From: Malacoraja senta
Lineage: Eukaryota
DNA length: 64,000 nucleotides
Reading direction: 5' to 3'
Assembly: GCA_038087875.1 (NCBI GenBank)
Contig: CM075990.1
Span: forward strand, 18,230,001-18,294,000
Below the pieces are notes generated by a model. That model did not search any database. It had not been told where the DNA came from and was given only the letters and a program-made list of their open reading frames with translations. The translations under genes were made by a program, and so were the position numbers. The number at the start of each line of letters is the position of its first letter. Within the stretch, counting starts at the first letter, position 1. Below are positions 60,204 through 64,000 of the stretch, piece after piece.

Positions 60204-61004
60204 TTATGCTAGATTTAGGCCATTAGGCTCTTTTGTCTGTAGCGCTTCTATCCATAGCCTCTCTGCTCTCTTGCGTCTCCCTGTTGTCCAATTTATGTTT
60301 GTTTCCAGACCCATGATCTCTAGGGACTGGATCCCATGTTGCTGGAAGTGTCTGCTAATGGGTATGGATTGGTCTCCCCTTGTGATGTTGCTGAGGTGTC
60401 CTGTCAGCCTGACTCTCATGCTGTTACCTGTTTCGCCTATGTACAGTAAGTTGCACTCTTTACATCTAATTGCATACACCACATTCTTTTGCTCACAGGT
60501 TATCCTCTGTGCTATCTGGCCTTTCTTCCCTGTTACACTGTTCTCTATATTTTTGGCTATTACTAAATGGGTGCAGGCTCCACACCGTCTCTGCCCACAG
60601 TCTGGGTCTGTGTGTAGACTTGTACTGACCAGGATGTCCTTCAGATTTTTAGCCCTCTTGAATGCTGACATTACCTTGTACCCCTTTAGTGTGGCAAATC
60701 CCCTTTGGAATTGTTCAAAACGGCCCTTGACTATTTTGTGGGCCTGGACTGCCATGTTGCCATATCTTGTGATTAGTGGCAAGTTCAATGTCGTCCCCGG
60801 CCTAGGTCTGGGTGCTTGTATGCTACTTAGAAAATCTGACTTAATGTATCTTAATTTCCTTTTGCAGTAACCCCTCTGTCTGAGGGCGGTGAATAGGGTG
60901 CTTGTGGCCTGGTTGAAATCCTCCTCCCTAGTACATATACGGTGGAAGCGGGTCAGTTGTGACTTGACGATGACTGGGCAACGATTTTCCAGTTTCGCTA
61001 TCAC
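60204..61004 (-). pseudogene. 5'-deleted ORF2 (endonuclease-containing fragment)
   Basis: Same 266-codon frame, period 1561. Confidence 0.85.
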
Positions 61005-61764
61005 TGTAGCTTCGTCAGGGAAAGAGATCTAGTCCTAGCCGGTTAGGGTTTTTAAAGGGTAGGTTGATGCTCCTCCCTTTCTGGGTGGAGCTTGCCATGT
61101 GTTGGGTCCTAGGACCGGTCACTTTGGTTGGGCACACCCTGTTTCTTGTTTGGACTGGTTAGCCCTCTTCCTTTGTTGTGTTAGTTACCACATGTCTCTG
61201 GTATCTTGTATCCTTTATTGCTAATGTTTTCAGCCTCTGTTGATCAATAAATGTGCAAAAATCTCTTGTCCACTATTATGTTCTGCAAGTATTATCATGG
61301 GGTGAGTTGTGCTTTGCCTATCCTGTCTGACCATCCTTTGGCTCCCTCTCTGGTCCTCCCTGTCTCCCTATCCTAGTTTTAGAGTGTCCCTCACTTCAAT
61401 CCTATGATTATTCGAGCCCACTCTATTTCGGTTTGTACTGTTATTCTCCATCATCCCCCCTTTGGTTTGGGTTTCACCCTCCTGACTCCATTTGAATCTT
61501 TTCTGTGGCCTGCTCCTTCTGCGGTTTTGATTTGCCTGAGTGATGAAGCCCGTGTCACTGTAAAGGTTAGGTTGTGATTTATCGGACAGTGGGACAACAT
61601 GCCCTCTGGTGCTTATTGATCTCCCCCTGGGGATTCCTTTTCACTGTGTACTGTCACTTGGTATTTGGCCCACGGTTTCATCACCCTTGTCCAAATCTAT
61701 TTGCCTTACACTTGCCCTTCCATAGATTTGTGGGAGTCAGTCAGGATCCACCCTAGGTTTGAGT

Positions 61765-62565
61765 TTATGCTAGATTTAGGCCATTAGGCTCTTTTGTCTG
61801 TAGCGCTTCTATCCATAGCCTCTCTGCTCTCTTGCGTCTCCCTGTTGTCCAATTTATGTTTGTTTCCAGACCCATGATCTCTAGGGACTGGATCCCATGT
61901 TGCTGGAAGTGTCTGCTAATGGGTATGGATTGGTCTCCCCTTGTGATGTTGCTGAGGTGTCCTGTCAGCCTGACTCTCATGCTGTTACCTGTTTCGCCTA
62001 TGTACAGTAAGTTGCACTCTTTACATCTAATTGCATACACCACATTCTTTTGCTCACAGGTTATCCTCTGTGCTATCTGGCCTTTCTTCCCTGTTACACT
62101 GTTCTCTATATTTTTGGCTATTACTAAATGGGTGCAGGCTCCACACCGTCTCTGCCCACAGTCTGGGTCTGTGTGTAGACTTGTACTGACCAGGATGTCC
62201 TTCAGATTTTTAGCCCTCTTGAATGCTGACATTACCTTGTACCCCTTTAGTGTGGCAAATCCCCTTTGGAATTGTTCAAAACGGCCCTTGACTATTTTGT
62301 GGGCCTGGACTGCCATGTTGCCATATCTTGTGATTAGTGGCAAGTTCAATGTCGTCCCCGGCCTAGGTCTGGGTGCTTGTATGCTACTTAGAAAATCGGA
62401 CTTAATGTATCTTAATTTCCTTTTGCAGTAACCCCTCTGTCTGAGGGCGGTGAATAGGGTGCTTGTGGCCTGGTTGAAATCCTCCTCCCTAATACATATA
62501 CGGTGGAAGCGGGTCAGTTGTGACTTGACGATGACTGGGCAACGATTTTCCAGTTTCGCTATCAC
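61765..62565 (-). pseudogene. 5'-deleted ORF2 (endonuclease-containing fragment)
   Basis: Same frame with one T>I change (ICIREE). Confidence 0.85.
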
Positions 62566-63319
62566 TGTAGCTTCGTCAGGGAAAGAGATCTAGTCCTAGC
62601 CGGTTTTTAAAGGGTAGGTTGATGCTCCTCCCTTTCTGGGTGGAGCTTGCCATGTGTTGGGTCCTAGGACCGGTCACTTTGGTTGGGCACACCCTGTTTC
62701 TTGTTTGGACTGGTTAGCCCTCTTCCTTTGTTGTGTTAGTTACCACATGTCTCTGGTATCTTGTATCCTTTATTGCTAATGTTTTCAGCCTCTGTTGATC
62801 AATAAATGTGCAAAAATCTCTTGTCCACTATTATGTTCTGCAAGTATTATCATGGGGTGAGTTGTGCTTTGCCTATCCTGTCTGACCATCCTTTGGCTCC
62901 CTCTCTGGTCCTCCCTGTCTCCCTATCCTAGTTTTAGAGTGTCCCTCACTTCAATCCTATGATTATTCGAGCCCACTCTATTTCGGTTTGTACTGTTATT
63001 CTCCATCATCCCCCCTTTGGTTTGGGTTTCACCCTCCTGACTCCATTTGAATCTTTTCTGTGGCCTGCTCCTTCTGCGGTTTTGATTTGCCTGAGTGATG
63101 AAGCCCGTGTCACTGTAAAGGTTAGGTTGTGATTTATCGGACAGTGGGACAACATGCCCTCTGGTGCTTATTGATCTCCCCCTGGGGATTCCTTTTCACT
63201 GTGTACTGTCACTTGGTATTTGGCCCACGGTTTCATCACCCTTGTCCAAATCTATTTGCCTTACACTTGCCCTTCCATAGATTTGTGGGAGTCAGTCAGG
63301 ATCCACCCTAGGTTTGAGT

Positions 63320-64000
63320 TTATGCTAGATTTAGGCCATTAGGCTCTTTTGTCTGTAGCGCTTCTATCCATAGCCTCTCTGCTCTCTTGCGTCTCCCTGT
63401 TGTCCAATTTATGTTTGTTTCCAGACCCATGATCTCTAGGGACTGGATCCCATGTTGCTGGAAGTGTCTGCTAATGGGTATGGATTGGTCTCCCCTTGTG
63501 ATGTTGCTGAGGTGTCCTGTCAGCCTGACTCTCATGCTGTTACCTGTTTCGCCTATGTACAGTAAGTTGCACTCTTTACATCTAATTGCATACACCACAT
63601 TCTTTTGCTCACAGGTTATCCTCTGTGCTATCTGGCCTTTCTTCCCTGTTACACTGTTCTCTATATTTTTGGCTATTACTAAATGGGTGCAGGCTCCACA
63701 CCGTCTCTGCCCACAGTCTGGGTCTGTGTGTAGACTTGTACTGACCAGGATGTCCTTCAGATTTTTAGCCCTCTTGAATGCTGACATTACCTTGTACCCC
63801 TTTAGTGTGGCAAATCCCCTTTGGAATTGTTCAAAACGGCCCTTGACTATTTTGTGGGCCTGGACTGCCATGTTGCCATATCTTGTGATTAGTGGCAAGT
63901 TCAATGTCGTCCCCGGCCTAGGTCTGGGTGCTTGTATGCTACTTAGAAAATCTGACTTAATGTATCTTAATTTCCTTTTGCAGTAACCCCTCTGTCTGAG
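63320..64000 (-). pseudogene. ORF2 3' fragment cut by the window edge
   Basis: GIY-YIG coding region matching the other copies. It cannot be seen whether it continues as a derivative or as a full ORF2. Confidence 0.7.

Larger units (their letters stand above)
53961..64000 (-). mobile_element. Tandem array of 1561-bp non-autonomous PLE deletion derivatives (runs off the window end)
   Basis: The unit is 21793-23034 (1242 bp) plus 18922-19238 (317 bp with a 2-bp insertion). Units start at 55047, 56608, 58169, 59730, 61291 (1555 bp) and 62846. ORF1, the RT core and the 600-bp repeats are missing. Confidence 0.95.

Overview
Eukaryotic telomeric DNA: (TTAGGG)n on the + strand (1-14606 and 27141-41789), interrupted by one family of Penelope-like retroelement (PLE, Neptune-like), always on the - strand. 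The 7467-bp unit encodes ORF1 (helical N-terminus, disordered linker, SGNH esterase) and ORF2 (RT, Cys knuckle, C-terminal GIY-YIG endonuclease). The two ORFs appear to be joined by a U_UUA_AAC -1 frameshift. The unit also has a type I hammerhead ribozyme 145 nt upstream of ORF1 and a long G/T-skewed non-coding region with ~600-bp repeats. About 1.7 head-to-tail units (14600-27145) are joined to the telomere through an element-encoded GGTTAGG, and are capped at the other end by new TTAGGG repeats. After a 200-N gap the same family has produced a 32-copy 330-bp satellite and an array of 1561-bp deletion derivatives, one junction of which falls exactly on the predicted ribozyme cleavage site. 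Together these suggest a telomere-targeted, endonuclease-bearing PLE that primes on the telomeric G-strand through an internal telomerase-template-like RNA loop and builds arrays by template jumping or rolling-circle copying. No host genes are visible. All alignments and folds were done by eye.
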